Made by a program: the position numbers and the translations under genes. A DNA stretch of 64,000 bases. Source: Monocercomonoides exilis PA203 (Eukaryota; Protista; Preaxostyla). This document shows, one piece after another, positions 50,960-64,000 of this stretch. How positions within the stretch are numbered: the first letter of the stretch is position 1; each line of letters opens with the position of its first letter. The notes under the pieces were generated by a model that worked only from the letters and a program-made list of their open reading frames with translations, did no database searches and was not told where the DNA came from. The DNA lies in the NCBI GenBank assembly GCA_001643675.2, contig LSRY02000026.1:310001-374000 (forward strand), in the 5' to 3' direction.

Positions 50960-52575
50960 TAATGCTGCTGTGGTGCATGTTGGAACTGAATCTCAAAGAG
51001 CGAAACCTGGTAGATTGTCCTTTTCTGAATTGAACAGCTATCTCCTTGAATGGTGTGAGTGGAATGATTCAAAAGGTGGAAGCGCCTGGGGCGAGGCACT
51101 TCGTGTTGAATGCACAAATGCAAATCTCACAATCGCTTTGTGTTCATTCAACAACTGCTCATGCAATTGGGATGGCGGAGCATTGTTTTGTAATAGTTCG
51201 TTGAAGTTAACCATCATGCAGTCCAATTTCACCAGCTGTTCAGCTGCTCATGGAGGAGCAGTTCACACAAGGAATCCACAATTAAACGCCGTTTGGACAT
51301 TCCAAGATAACAGGGTTGAAAATTGCTCAATATCTGGTAGCGTGGAACATGCTGGTATTTTTCAATAAATGGAATGCCAACAAATGCTTTCTCCCTGTTT
51401 GCCAAATGCAAGTGCATCTCAAATTCTGGTGGTAATTCTGCTGGTTCTCTAACATTTTCTTATCCTCCACAAAATAGACCAAATCAATTTTTGGTTAATG
51501 ATTGCCAACCTATAAACAACAAATTGACAAATTCGTCATCTTCATTAGGAGGAGCTGCCATTTATTTTCATTCAACTTATTCCTGGATGAATGGAATAAA
51601 ATTCATCACATTCTGCTTCTTCGATGGCAACACTGCAGCAAATGGAAGAGGAAATGATGTGTTCTTCAGCGGAAATAGCATCACCCAATCTCCATTCCAG
51701 CAATGTGGTTCAACAACCTCATCAAAAAGAGTGTATAATAATGGACAAGCTGATAATGCTGTGTATAATGGCTGGCTCCCCCTCATCGCCCAGAATAAAA
51801 TAGTTGCAAATGGTGGAAGTGATGTCGATGCCTGTGGCAAAATACAGCAAAGCCCATGTGCCACAGTTGAATATGCTTTTGGATGCGTTGCTCCCTTCTC
51901 CAAGACGCCTTCCTCACCCTTCTTGGTTCAACATTTGTTCAGACTCAAATAATTCACTTTAGTAAAGCTGTCACGAAAATCACAGGAAACGGTACAGCAG
52001 CCACAACCATCTCATTGAGTGATATTCCTCAACCTTCATTGTCATCATCATCTTCTTCTTCACCAGATCTATCTGCCTCGTCTGCCCTCTTCCAACAGAC
52101 CCAGGGCTCCCTCACAGTCTCTGCCCTTGCCATCGCCCACAACTCCACAAACCAAATCACCCCCATCCTCTTCCACCTCTCCGATAACTCCCCTTCCCTC
52201 AATCTCAACACAACCACCATCACCGGAACAACCTCCATAACAATAAAAACCCCCCTCTTCTTCCTCACTGCTGGCTCCCTCGCCCTCAACCACACAGCAA
52301 TCACCAGTCTCACCCTCAACAGCCAAAGCATCTTCCACTTCACCTCCCTCACAAACCCCCTCACTCTCAACTCCTCCAACATCACCCATATCACCTCCAC
52401 AGCATCCCCCACCAGCTGTGTCCTCTCCTCTGCCACCTCCCCTGCCCTCTCCATCTCCCTCGCCAACTGCACCATCACCAACATCAACTCAGAACAGTTC
52501 AGCCAACAAACTGCCACCAATGGCGGGTGCATCTCATTCGCCTCATCTGCCTCTGCCTGCATGCTTTCTTTTTAA
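50960..52575 (+). pseudogene. Beta-helix (pectin-lyase-like) surface protein fragment, frameshifted
   Basis: GGALF, GGAVH, FTSCSA, GRGNDV and GSDVDACGKIQQSPCATVEYA motifs across three offset ORFs, with a Ser/Thr-rich C-rich tail. Confidence 0.6.
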
Positions 52576-52979
52576 AGCTCAAATAAAGCTAGGTGCTGTG
52601 CGAGCGAGGAAGAATCGAAGAATTAGAAAGAGAGAAAAGCGAAAATTCAGATATTGGAACGAGTTGGTGGACTTGAAAGGAAAACCAAAACGAAACATAT
52701 TTCAAGCGGATCAAGGAGAAGGACATTTTGCGAGGATGACGGGAAAAAGAATAATACAAAAGATATTTATAAAGAAACAAGAAAAGAATAAGAATTAGGA
52801 GAAAAGATTCAAAAGATGATGAATGAATAAGCCAAATGGCTGTTTCATTTCGCAAGCTTTCAATGATTTATTGGTTAATTAAAGTGCATAAGCACCTTAA
52901 TTATCAAGAAAGTGTTTCATCAATTCCTTCTCTTTTTGAGAGACGCCACAATCTATGGGTCAGTCGCCACATTTGATCA

Positions 52980-53894
52980 ATGATGTCTGCTTCGCAATTC
53001 CCTCCGATTGTTGGACTTACGCCGTCGGCTGAGGCTGCAATGCAGAACAGTGGGGCGCAAAGCCAACCAGGGACCTTGTCACAACCTAACATCTTTTCTT
53101 CCTCTTCAATTTTTTCACCTTCTTCATCGGAAGGTTTAGCACAGGAGTTGACCCCTTCAGCTGACAGAAAGGAGAATGATGATGTGTTAGACATATCCCA
53201 ACTTATTTGTCAGGAGTTTGAGGACATTTTCGGACAAACACCGAATATTTCAATTTTTGATCTAAGGATTTCCACTATATCTGTCCAAGATGTTGTTGAG
53301 GAGTACAAGTCACAGGATTTTAGCCCGTTGTTATCGCTTGAACCGCCCACTGCCAAGAGAACAGAAAACTGGATTAACGATGCGTTAGATCAGGCGGGTT
53401 ACAAAATGGAGATTTTTCTTTTCCAGGCAATTAAAGCTGCACTCATAGGTTTAGCCGAGATACCGACTTCAAGTGAAGGTGCAAAACAAAGGCTAGCTGA
53501 CATCTTGATAATGATTACCAGGGCTCTTCAAGAGGCACGAACGGTTCGAATTCAAGGCAGGTTTGGTTTCAGGGCTGCCACAGCGATGAGCACAGACGCT
53601 TCTACAGGAATTCTCACAGAGAGACAGGAACTGATTCTCAAAGAAACAAGGCAGGAAGCCAAGCTAGAGAGAGGCTTCCAGAGACCAGTACTTCCTATTA
53701 CACGTGTTCAGGCTCCTGTTAGAGAACAACCAGGAACACTTCAAAGAAGATATAGTTATCCCATTTCTCACACAAATACACGGTTTTTTCGGAGATACCC
53801 CCGGTCCTCAGCGCTCGCAAGAAGACAGCAATTCGGAAGAAGGAGGAACCAGAGCAGTTGGAGCAGGAGACCAGGGGTGCGTCAACAATTTTAG
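52980..53894 (+). CDS. DIRS ORF1 (gag-like), intact
   Basis: 304-aa ORF starting right after the left ITR, with an Arg-rich C-terminus. Homologous to ORF1 of copies A and C. Confidence 0.8.
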   Translation: MMSASQFPPIVGLTPSAEAAMQNSGAQSQPGTLSQPNIFSSSSIFSPSSSEGLAQELTPSADRKENDDVLDISQLICQEFEDIFGQTPNISIFDLRISTISVQDVVEEYKSQDFSPLLSLEPPTAKRTENWINDALDQAGYKMEIFLFQAIKAALIGLAEIPTSSEGAKQRLADILIMITRALQEARTVRIQGRFGFRAATAMSTDASTGILTERQELILKETRQEAKLERGFQRPVLPITRVQAPVREQPGTLQRRYSYPISHTNTRFFRRYPRSSALARRQQFGRRRNQSSWSRRPGVRQQF

Positions 53895-55987
53895 GTCCAG
53901 TTCACAAGGAAACAGAGCAGAGGAGGCAGATAGGAGGAAGAACAGCATTGTTTATCTCGGCATAGAAGCGAATCGGAGGAGAGAAATTGATAAGCAATGG
54001 AGTGCAGGCCATGTGGAAAAGCAAGCAGTCCAGGAAAGCTCTCAGCCAAGTGCAGTTCAGAGACGGAGCGTTGCTTCTCAACCAACAAAAGATCAAGAAA
54101 TTCAAGAAAATATCAGAAGAACAAATACGAACAGGAGTCGTTATCCCGATGGAGCAGAAGGATGTGAAATACAGAAGCAATGCATTCCTCATTCAAAAGA
54201 AGTCAGGCAGCTGGAGACAAATTCTCGATTGTCGGAAACTATATGCAGCGGTGAAGAGTACACATTTCAAGTGCGACGGAGAAAAGACAGTGGAACGGCT
54301 GATAAGACGGAAGGATTACGCTGTATCCCTAGACTTGGAACAAGCTTATTACTTAATCCCAGTCTCAAAGGAGCTAATGCCCTATCTTGCTTTCAGATTC
54401 ATGGGAAGAGATTACTCCTTCAAAGGCATGCCTTTCGGCTTTGTGGATGCTCCGCGTCTGTTCACGCATATTATGAGGAAGGTGACAGCGGAGATAAGAA
54501 GGAGATGGGATGTCAGAGTCATTGCCTATTTGGACGACCTACTTTTTCTGCATCAAGATCAGCAAATCTTGAAGAACATAATACAGGAGATAATCGTATT
54601 TTTGGAAAGCCTCGGTCTGCTGATAAACAAGAAGAAGTGCAACCTCATACCGAGTTCGCAGTTCAGCTTCCTGGGATTCGAATGGAACACAACCAGCTTC
54701 GATGTGTGTCTAACGAAGGAAAGAAAAAAGGCAGTGCGAGAGCTGTGTCGCTCGTGGGAGAGAAGGTGTTTAAGAGCCAAGACTATCAGAGTGAGGGACT
54801 TAGCATCATTCGTGGGAAAGCTCAGTTCTACACGCTTCGTTCTGCCAGACGCATCTTTACACCTCCAATCAATCTTCAAATTGTTGCAGAAAGGAGTTTT
54901 AACAAACGGATGGGATGGAATGATGAGGCTGAATGCTTCAATCCTCCAGCAGATAAGAAGATGGAGATGGACATTGAGAAAGAACCCCAGACGCAAATTA
55001 AATCCAGTGTTTATTCCAGAAGCAGTTCTAACCACCGATGCATCAGAATGCTCCTGGGGAGCAACCCTCAGACTAAACAGAATGTCACTAGATTGTCACA
55101 GTCGTTTTCCATTCTCCGTGAAAAACCAATCATCCAACTACAGAGAATTAAAAGCAGTAGAACTTGCTTTAACTCGCTTTGCCCCAATCCTATCAGAAAG
55201 TCGTATATCACAGTTACAACTTCGGTCAGACAATTCGGCAGTCGTCTTCAACGTGAACAGATGGAATGCAGGAAGGAATCTTCACCCGACACTCAAAAGG
55301 ATATGGACATTGAAGGAGAAATTGAAAATAGTCCTGAAAGCAGTTCATCTCCCCGGATTGCAGAACACAAGAGCTGATGCCTTATCCCGCCTGGAAAGAG
55401 CAGGAGACTACAGCATTACGGACGAAGATCTCTCTCAGATTCTGGAGGTGCTTCAAGTTACTCCGACACTGGACGCCTTTGCAGCTCAACACAACCACAA
55501 GGTCGAGCGTTGGTGCGGAATAGGAAGCCCATTGGGAGAAGACGGTCTGGCATATCCATGGAAGAACGAGTGCGTTCTGGCACACCCCCCAGTTCCCCTG
55601 ATACCAATGACGATTCGGAAGGCACAGAAGGAGAGAGCACCAGTAATATTACTCCTGCCGAACTGGAAGGGGCAGAACTGGAATGTGTTAGTGGAGAAGA
55701 CACATCATCGGACATTCGAATGGAGGAGTCTGAGAACAGTGTTGAGAAAGGGGCCATCAATGACAAACACAGGTGCATGTCTCCCTCCAGGCAGATTGAG
55801 AGTCATATTGATCAATCCACCAGAGAGAAAGGCGAGAGCTGGTGGAGAAGGGCGTTGGAAGATAGATCTTTCCCAGTTTCATTGGCAGAGGAGTGCATAT
55901 CGGGAATTGCTCAGTCGACGTGGGTTGGATATTTATTCGGCTTCGCACACTTTGGAGAACAGTGGGAAAAGAGTGATATGGGCATAA
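53858..55987 (+). pseudogene. DIRS RT-RNase H-MT ORF with one early nonsense codon
   Basis: Near-identical to 11178-13307. TAG at 53963-53965 replaces TGG. Confidence 0.88.
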
Positions 55988-57153
55988 TTCCAGAGGATAT
56001 TCATGAATGGGCAGCTCGATGTTCCAGTATATTTATTACCCTTAGAGACAATGGAATGAGGCTGTCATGTTTGCAACTCATCCGCTCAGCAGTTTCATTT
56101 TTCACAAGCTTGGTTTACAACACAAATTTAGGGGATATTCCGATAATAAAAATATTGTTTTAAGGGTTTAGAAGAACAGAGAGGTCAAGAAAAAAGAAGG
56201 TCCAAGAAATTTGGAATCCGAAGACCATTCTGACATTCTTTTCTAATCTTGGAGAAAATCAAAGCTTGAGTTTCAAACATCTGACAATGAAAGCCATTGT
56301 GCTCACCATGCTATTCACTGCGTGCAGGTTTACAGAGTTGGAAAGAGTAGATATGGAACGATCCAGATTCGAGCATGAAGGAATATACCTGGACACAAGG
56401 CTCAAAACATCGCTTAATCGAACAGAGATTGCCGTTTCTTTTTAAAATGAAAACACGACAATTTGCCCAGCTTCGGCTATTCAGGTTTTGTGGGAAGAAA
56501 CACAAAAGAGAAGACCAGATGGAAATAAATTGTTTTTAAATACCGAAACTTTTCATCCTCTTACAGTGGAAGGAATTAGACGATTGGCAAAGGAGACGTT
56601 GAAGGAAGCAGGAATTCCAGGACATTTTACTCCTTATTCAATAAAGGCTGCAATGCTTTCAACGCTAACGATGTCAGGAATTCCACCAACTCAGATTGCG
56701 AAGTTTGCCCACTTAACCCCTAGAACAGACATTTTGGTGAAGCATTATGTGAAGGCAAATCTTGCATCAACATTGGGGAAAGTGATTGCCTCAACTATGA
56801 ATGCTCCCAGTGAAGAGTCAGCAAACAATCCGTGTGCCGAAGATGGTGGCAATGCGTACGCCAGTCCAGAAAGAGACCAGAGGAACAATAATGATAGACG
56901 AGCAATGGAATCTGGGATGGTACTGAGGGACAAGAAGCGCCTGATGAAGCCATGTTTGAGTGAGGAAAAGGCTAAAGATACTGTTAAATTCCCTTCCAGA
57001 GTGGATGAGCCTGATGAGGAGATGGAGGAACGGAAGTCACTTGGAGAACAATTCATTATTCGAACAAGATCACAAGCAAAAAAGGAGGAAGAGAGCAACA
57101 ACACAAAGAAGACGCACACTGTTGTAGTAATGATGGCTTCATCATCCAACTAA
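55510..57153 (+). pseudogene. DIRS tyrosine recombinase with the same two stops as copy A
   Basis: TAA at 56161-56163 and 56443-56445. Motifs as in copy A. Confidence 0.85.
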
Positions 57154-57158
57154 TTGAT

Positions 57159-57259
57159 TCTCTCAAAAAGAGAAGGAATTGATGAAACACTTTCTTGATA
57201 ATTAAGGTGCTTATGCACTTTAATTAAAAAAGAAAGTGGAGAATCAATTCCTTCTCTTT
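57159..57259. repeat. Internal complementary region (ICR)
   Basis: 57159-57227 is the reverse complement of the left end, and about 57229-57259 is the reverse complement of the right end. Confidence 0.92.
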
Positions 57260-58767
57260 GCCCACCACCGTTTTCACTCCCACCCATTGAAGTTCTGTTT
57301 TCAAAACTGTTGATGTTTTTGTTGTTCCTTCTCTTTGCGCTTTTTGGTTTTATAAGCGCAAAGCGGTTTTTTATCCAATTCACCAAAACACACAAATGGG
57401 CGACTGACCCATAGATTGTGGCGTCTCTCAAAAAGAGAAGGAATTGATTCTCCACTTTCTTATTTAAAGAACGGTTTGTGAATGTCTCTCCTTTAACTGA
57501 ATGAGTGAAGGAACCAAAAACAACATCTGTATCATTTGAAGTTTGCATACGTGGAAGATGATGCGCTGTAATAAAATTTCAACAAAATTATGAGAGACAA
57601 TGTTCCACAAATTTTTCCTCATTATGTCGTTAATTATGTGAAAGAAGACAAGAGAAACCATCGATGAAGTGGATGAAGAAGGTTTCACGGACATGAATAG
57701 CCATGTCATTTTAAAAATATTGTGTTTAACGCATTTGGACAAGCTGAAATGAGTGAAACTTTGATGGAATTCAGCGCAGATACAGATAAATGAAAGCAAC
57801 TATTCTGCGATGACGGTCAGAGTGAATCTGGAAAATACAAACGGAAAGTCGCTTGAATATTCTTGTTCACAGTGAATCGAAATGGATAGGAAGAGAGATA
57901 ATATTTGTTGGGATATTCTTTTCTATTTTCTTTCATTTCCTCATTATCTTTTCCACCTTCGCTTTCGTCTTAATCATATTTCTTCTTCAAACGCTTTTTC
58001 ATTTTTTGTGAGCTGAGCAACACCTGAGAAGCTACAATCCAAGAGGAAGACAACTTCTGACTGTTCTTTATTGGATTCAAATGCTGAACACATATCGAAT
58101 CTGCTGAAAAATTTTCTTCATCGTTTTCTTTTTCATTCACCAATTAAATAATTAATTTTTGTTCTTTTTCTATTGTCAGTATCTTCGATAATGCGCATTT
58201 TATTTTTTCATTTCTTAAAGTTCTTCCACGTGATTATTCAATCTAAAGCAGGTGCCATCATTATTATTACTTTCTCAAGCTACTCCCTCTTCCTATTTGA
58301 CCTCAATCTCATTATCTTCCCGTTTTTTTCCTCTTTTTCATTCAAAATTTCTGTCTTTCAAAAAAAGTCCAGCTTCAATCGGAAGTTGCAAACTATCATT
58401 TTCTGGAGCTGCAATTTCAAATTTCTTCTCTATTAATAATTGCCCCTTCTTTATCTCGCGTTTTTTCCCAAAGCAACAGGACTTTCCTAATGATATTTTT
58501 CTATCTTCAGTGACAATCAAATCTTTGGTGTAAATTGAGCTCACGTTTTCTTTTCCATAATATTCCTTAACAAAATCAACGATTTCGTCATTTAATTCTT
58601 CAAATCATCAACAACTTAAAATTTCCTTCATCAGCTTGTCATTAACGTGCTTGTTTTTTCATTTAAAATGTATAACATTTTAATTGTCAAGAAAACTTCC
58701 ATTCAATTTCTTTTCTTCTTGTTGAGAGACGCCACTTAATGGATCATGTCACTTTTCGTGATCAAAA

Positions 58768-59622
58768 ATGTTTAGCACCCAGCAAACTCCATTGCAAGCC
58801 GGGCTCGCACCCTCAACTGGTTCTGCTATGCAGATCAGTGGGCCAACGAGTTCCCAATGCAGTAGTACACAGATACCGACAGCTTCTTCAAATGTCTTTT
58901 CACACGCTGAATTAGAGCTTCAACCTTCTCCCATCTCATCCGAAGTCGCATATTCTCGAACTGTTGATGATTTGTTCAAATCAATATTTGGTGTCGAACA
59001 AACAACTTCTCTTTTTGATTTGCGAATGCCGAAAACGATGTTGGAGGACATTGCAACGTGCCTCAACGAACAGGATTTCAGCACGGTATTTCAAGCATCT
59101 CCTCCAGCATCAAGCAGAACATCCATTTGGTATCGGAATGCCTAGGACAGAGCAGGCGAACGAGTCGAAAAATTCTTTTATCCGACATTTAAGGCATTAC
59201 TGATGGAGCATCAAGTCAAGAGTGATGAGGCAGAGAGCCACGAATGGATGATAAAGGACGCAATTCTAATGGTTTCCCAAGCACTTCATGAAACAAGGAA
59301 GTTCAGAATCGAAGGAAGATTCGGTTTTCGCGCAGCAGAAAAGATGGACTCGGAACCATCAGGAGGACTGCTGGCCCAGCGTCAGACACAGATATTGGAA
59401 GATCTTTCAAAGGAGCAGAAGAAGCAACAGGGACCTGCATATATGCATTCTTCTTCAAAGAGCAGTACCTTTCAAAAATATAACCCGAGGCAACCAACTA
59501 CCAGAGGAAAACAGTTTTTTCAGGGAAGACCCCGGTCGTCCATGTTTCGAAGCACAGGAGCAAGGAGAGATTATTGGAAGAAAAGCTCCACAGGACGAAC
59601 CGCGGGACTGCAGAAGAATTAG
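58768..59622 (+). pseudogene. DIRS ORF1 (gag-like) with one stop
   Basis: RIEGRFGFRAA matches RIQGRFGFRAA of copies A and B. TAG at 59143-59145. Confidence 0.75.
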
Positions 59623-61643
59623 AAGAAGCTCAGACGAGAAGGACATTAGAAGCTGGAAAGATAGGAGGTCGGACAGCGGACTATATTCAAGAATGGAGAA
59701 AAATAGACGGAGGAAAATTAATCAAAAATGGAGTCCAGGCTCATTGGCGCAATTGCAGGGCAAGAGATGGTTTGGAAAAGATGACAATCAGGGATGGAGC
59801 AGCGCAAATGAGCATGAACCAAAGGATGGCTTTTCGAAAGGAATTGAAGGAGCAGCAGGAAACAGGGATTGTGAGCAGAATTCCTCCCAAAGAGGTGAAG
59901 TTCCGGAACAATATTTTCCTCATTCGGAAGAAGTCCGGGATGTGGTGGCAGATTTTGGATTGCAGAATACAAGACGCTGCAATGACGAAATCTCATTTCA
60001 TATGCGAGAACGAAAGAACAGTCGAAAAATTGATAATGAGGAACGATTTCGCGGTGACAATGGATTTGTCTCAAGCCTATTATCTAATTCCTGTTTCAAA
60101 CGAACTCAGACCTTATCTAACGTTCAGGTTCGAAGGCAGAGATTATGCTTTCAATGGCATGCCGTTCGTTTACACAGATGCTCCAAGGTATTTCACAAAA
60201 GTCATGAGGAAAGTCACAACAGAAATCAAAAGAAGATGGAATGTGAGAGCGATATCATATTTGGACGATCTGATTCTTTTGCATCAAGATTTTAACATGT
60301 TGAAAGAAATCACAAGTGAGGTGACTCGATTTTTGGAAAATCTGGGCTTGATAATCAACAAGGACAAATGTTCATTAACCCCGAGAAGAAAGTTCACTTT
60401 TCTGGGGTTTGCATGGGATACGGAAGCATTCACGGTTCAATTGTGCGAGGAGAGATGGAAATCTCTCAGGGAAATGTTGAGTCAATGGATAGTGAAGTTA
60501 TGCATAAGAACCAAGCAGGTTCGTGAGTGGGACTGGGCGTCAGCGACTGGGAAACAAAACGCAGCTCGTTTTGTCTTTCCAGACGCATCCCTCCACTTCG
60601 TAGCTATGCATCACTTGCTCCAAAAGAGTGTCAGAACGTTCGGATGGAATAGGATGATGAGGATGAATGCATCAGTCCTCAAGGAGATCAGAGAATGGAG
60701 GAGGATATTGAGGCAGATTAAGAATCGGGAATTGGTTTCAGTTTTCATTCCTCAAGCAACACTTGCAACAAATGCAGCGGAACGAGCATGGGGTGCGACA
60801 CTCAGAATCAACAATAATCTTTTGCATTGGCATGCCAGTTTTCCCAAATATGTCCACAACCAGTTGTCAAATGACAGGGAACTGTGAGCTGTTTTGCTAG
60901 CTTTTCACAATTTTGCCCAGACTATCCAGGACAACAAAATAACTCGTCTATTGCTTCGGTCGGACAACAGCTCAGTGGTTTTCAACGTGAATCGTTGAAA
61001 CGCTGGCAAGAATGTTCGGCTAGTACTACACAAGATAAGGAAATGGACCGAGGCGAGGAATCTGATAATAAGAGCACAACATCTTCCAGGAAGAAAGAAC
61101 CACAGAGCGGATGCTCTGTCTCGATTGGAAAGGGCAGGCGACAACGAAATAAAGGACGAAGCACTCAAAGAGGTTCTTGCACAGTTGAAAGTGAGACCGA
61201 CTCTCGATGCTTTTGCATCGGAACACTATCACAAAGTGGAACGATGGTGTGGAGTGGGCAGTCCAATTGCAGAAGACGGATTGACAGTTCCTTGGAGCAA
61301 CGAATGTGTTCTAGCTCATCCTCCGATTACTCTGAATCCATTTGTGATTCAAATAGTTCAGATAAAGAAAGCTCGAGCGATTCCACTCCTGCTGAACTGG
61401 AAGGGTCAGAATTGGGACATCCTGCTTCGAACGAGCAATTATTACAGCTTGGTATTGAACTACAGCTCCAAGATTCTTTGGGAGGGGCCATGTATGAAGA
61501 AGACAGGAGCCTGCCTTCCTCCAGGAAAGATGAAAGTGATCCTGCTGAATCCATCAAGGAAAGAGATGAAGCCTGGTGAATGCACGCATTGCATGAAAAA
61601 GGAGTTTCCGTGGAGCTCGCAGAGAAATACAAGGCTAGAATAG
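59574..61643 (+). pseudogene. DIRS RT-RNase H-MT ORF, disrupted
   Basis: YLDD present. TGA at 60885-60887 and 60996-60998. The RNase H TDAS motif is changed to TNAA. Confidence 0.85.
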
Positions 61644-62911
61644 CACAGACAACATGGGATGGGTATTTATTCTGTTTCGCGCACTTTCCAGACCAATGGA
61701 AGAAGTGTGCCCATGGACATATTCCAGACAACTTACCGGACTGGACCGTCAAATGCGCGGATGTATTTTTAACAATGAAGAATAGAGGATTCAAGGTTTC
61801 AGTTATACAGGTGGTGAGAGCAGCAGTGTCATTTTATTCAGTTCTAGCTTTCAAAACAGCATTGGGGGACATCGCTATCATCAGGATCCTATTCCGGGCA
61901 TTCCGAAGAAACGACACATCAAGAAAGAAGATGGCTCCAGAGATTTGGTATCCGAATGTTTTGTTAAAATACTTCACCGAGTTTGGTCGAAACAACATGT
62001 TATCTTTCAAGACATTGACAATGAAGGCTATCAACTTAACAATGCTCTTCTCTGCCTGCAGAATTACAGAGCTGGAGCGTGTCAACATAAAGGACTCTCT
62101 GTTTGAAGAGGAAGACTTGTATTTGGATACAGTGTTGAAAACATCACACACACGGTCAGAGATTGCAGTTTTTTTTCTCTCGGAACTCCCACTTACATGT
62201 CCAGCTTCAGCGATAAAGGATTTGTATTTCCTGGTAAAACAAAAACAGAACAGCAACAAACTTCTGCTCAATACCACAACATTCGAGCCGCTGACTGCTT
62301 CTGGTATCCGCAAGTTAGCTAAGGAGACAATGAAACTTGCAGGAGTTCCTCAGAGATTCATGTTGTACTCTTTAAAGGCAGCAACCTTGTCAACATTAAC
62401 AATGGCAGGTATCCCGCCTTCACAGATTGCCAAGTTTGCCAGACTGTCTTCAAAGATAAATACTCTGGTTAAGCACTATTTCAGGATAAATTTGCCATCG
62501 TCAATGGTAAGAGTTATTGCAAGAACAATGAAGGAACAGAAGATTTGTGACTGTGAGAAGGAAGAAAGTCCGATAGTTAGTGATGAAGAGGAAGCAAAAA
62601 AACAAGCCAATGAGGGAACACTTTCAGAAGAGGAATCCAAGTGTCAAGAAGTTGAGGCTTCGATGGAGGAGTTGGTGGAAGAGGTGAAAACGAAGACTGC
62701 TAGGATGACAAGGAAAAGAGGAAAGAAGTCGCAAACTCAAGGAGACGATGATAGAACCCGAGATGCATTGAACAGTGAACAGCACAAACAAGAAGAAGAA
62801 AAGGACATTTACATTATTCGCACAAGGGTACAAGCCAAAAGAGAGTCCAAGACATATGATTTCCGCTCTTTCGGTCGAAGGCCAGAGGGCAAAGCAACAC
62901 CTTCCAACTAA
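61580..62911 (+). CDS. DIRS tyrosine recombinase, catalytic region open
   Basis: ACRITEL, LKT, CPA, YSLKAA and VKHY, followed by an acidic tail. Confidence 0.82.
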   Translation: MHALHEKGVSVELAEKYKARIAQTTWDGYLFCFAHFPDQWKKCAHGHIPDNLPDWTVKCADVFLTMKNRGFKVSVIQVVRAAVSFYSVLAFKTALGDIAIIRILFRAFRRNDTSRKKMAPEIWYPNVLLKYFTEFGRNNMLSFKTLTMKAINLTMLFSACRITELERVNIKDSLFEEEDLYLDTVLKTSHTRSEIAVFFLSELPLTCPASAIKDLYFLVKQKQNSNKLLLNTTTFEPLTASGIRKLAKETMKLAGVPQRFMLYSLKAATLSTLTMAGIPPSQIAKFARLSSKINTLVKHYFRINLPSSMVRVIARTMKEQKICDCEKEESPIVSDEEEAKKQANEGTLSEEESKCQEVEASMEELVEEVKTKTARMTRKRGKKSQTQGDDDRTRDALNSEQHKQEEEKDIYIIRTRVQAKRESKTYDFRSFGRRPEGKATPSN

Positions 62912-64000
62912 GTTTTTCTCTCAACAAGAAGAGAAGAAATTGAATGATTGTTTTCTTTTCTAAATTCAATTGTGAGAAAATCTTATATTTTTCTCAATAT
63001 TTTTAGTCCGTTCAAATATTTCTGTGAATTTGTTACAACTATTTTTAAAATATTTAATGAATAATTTTTAGAACGTTCACCAACAAATTATGCAAAATAA
63101 ATCATTTTTCGTATTTTTGTGAAAATCGAAAAAAAATATTTTTGTACGTTTAATACGATTATTGAGATGTTTTTTCGCAACAAATGATTGTAGATATTCA
63201 AAACATTTCAAAATTTCAACATTAAATGGTTTAAAATTACTGATTTGCAAAAATCAACAAAATACATCAAATATCAAAAAAGAGAGCTATTAAAATTCAG
63301 AAACATTTCAAATATTTATGTTTTTCTCAATAATGAATATTTCATGGAGAATTAAAATGTTAACGTGGAAGAAAAAATGTCAAAAAATAAAAGAAAAAAT
63401 AATGTTTCATTTTGTTAATGGATCCGCATAATGTTTAGCTGATTGGATTGATAAAATCATCCAAAGATTGTAGCAAATCTTGTTGCTTCTTCTTCTTCTT
63501 CTTCTTCTTCTTCTTTTTCTTTTTCTTCTCAAAATATTATTCCTTTCAGGAAACAAAACTCTTTTGAGCCGTCTCTGCTTTCAATTTCTCTGTCTATTTC
63601 CATCCTTCCCTTCTGCCTCCCCCAAATTATTCTGAATCCCTATTCTCTATTCTTCTTCCACTCAAATGCCTGTACAAACTCAAGTCTATATAAAACTGAA
63701 AAATAAGAAGATTCCATCTGAAGAACCCTTCTTATCCACTGACCATACCTTCTTCTTTTTCTCTCCATTTTACCTGAATCAAAAACGCACATCTTCTTCA
63801 CATCCTTTTTCACGACAAACAATAAAAATTTTCCATTTTCCTTTCATTTTTGTAACCCCTTCTCCCTTCATCCTTTTTTTTGTAATAAATAATACCTCCA
63901 TCCTTTTTCTGTCTCCTGTGCAAAACACCCTCTCGTAGTCAATCCCTCATCTTCCTTTGTCGCCACACCTCCAACGCAAAGTGTCAGCGCTGATGTTACT

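Larger units (their letters stand above)
52875..57467 (+). mobile_element. DIRS-type retrotransposon, copy B, with complete ITR and ICR termini
   Basis: Left terminus 52875-52975, ICR 57159-57259, right ITR plus extension 57393-57467, and three ORFs. Confidence 0.95.
58658..62963 (+). mobile_element. DIRS-type retrotransposon, diverged subfamily copy C (no ICR)
   Basis: Same ORF layout. Left cattcaatttcttttcttcttgttgagag is inverted at 62918-62946. Ends are approximate. Confidence 0.88.

Overview
AT-rich eukaryotic DNA with short GT-AG introns, no operons and many decayed ORFs. The gene families and composition resemble an oxymonad such as Monocercomonoides; this is an inference and was not checked. 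The window is mostly nested transposons. (1) Three DIRS-type tyrosine-recombinase retrotransposons: two near-identical copies at 10194-14523 and 52875-57467, and a diverged relative at about 58658-62963. Only the copy at 52875 keeps the full ITR/ICR end structure. (2) A fragment of a fourth YR element followed by a tandemly duplicated, apparently pseudoknotted RNA-like sequence. (3) A complete Merlin DNA transposon (24-bp TIRs, 8-bp TSD) carrying a Pol III-type small RNA gene. (4) Two Sola-like DDD transposases. One has an in-line USP deubiquitinase domain and lies inside a candidate 13.8-kb TIR/TSD-bounded cargo element. (5) Three MITEs. Host-type genes are a head-to-head, mosaic pair of beta-helix surface-protein genes and several pseudogenes. 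The best leads for new biology are the USP-transposase giant element and the structured RNA-like islands that sit at the 3' side of three unrelated transposon classes.
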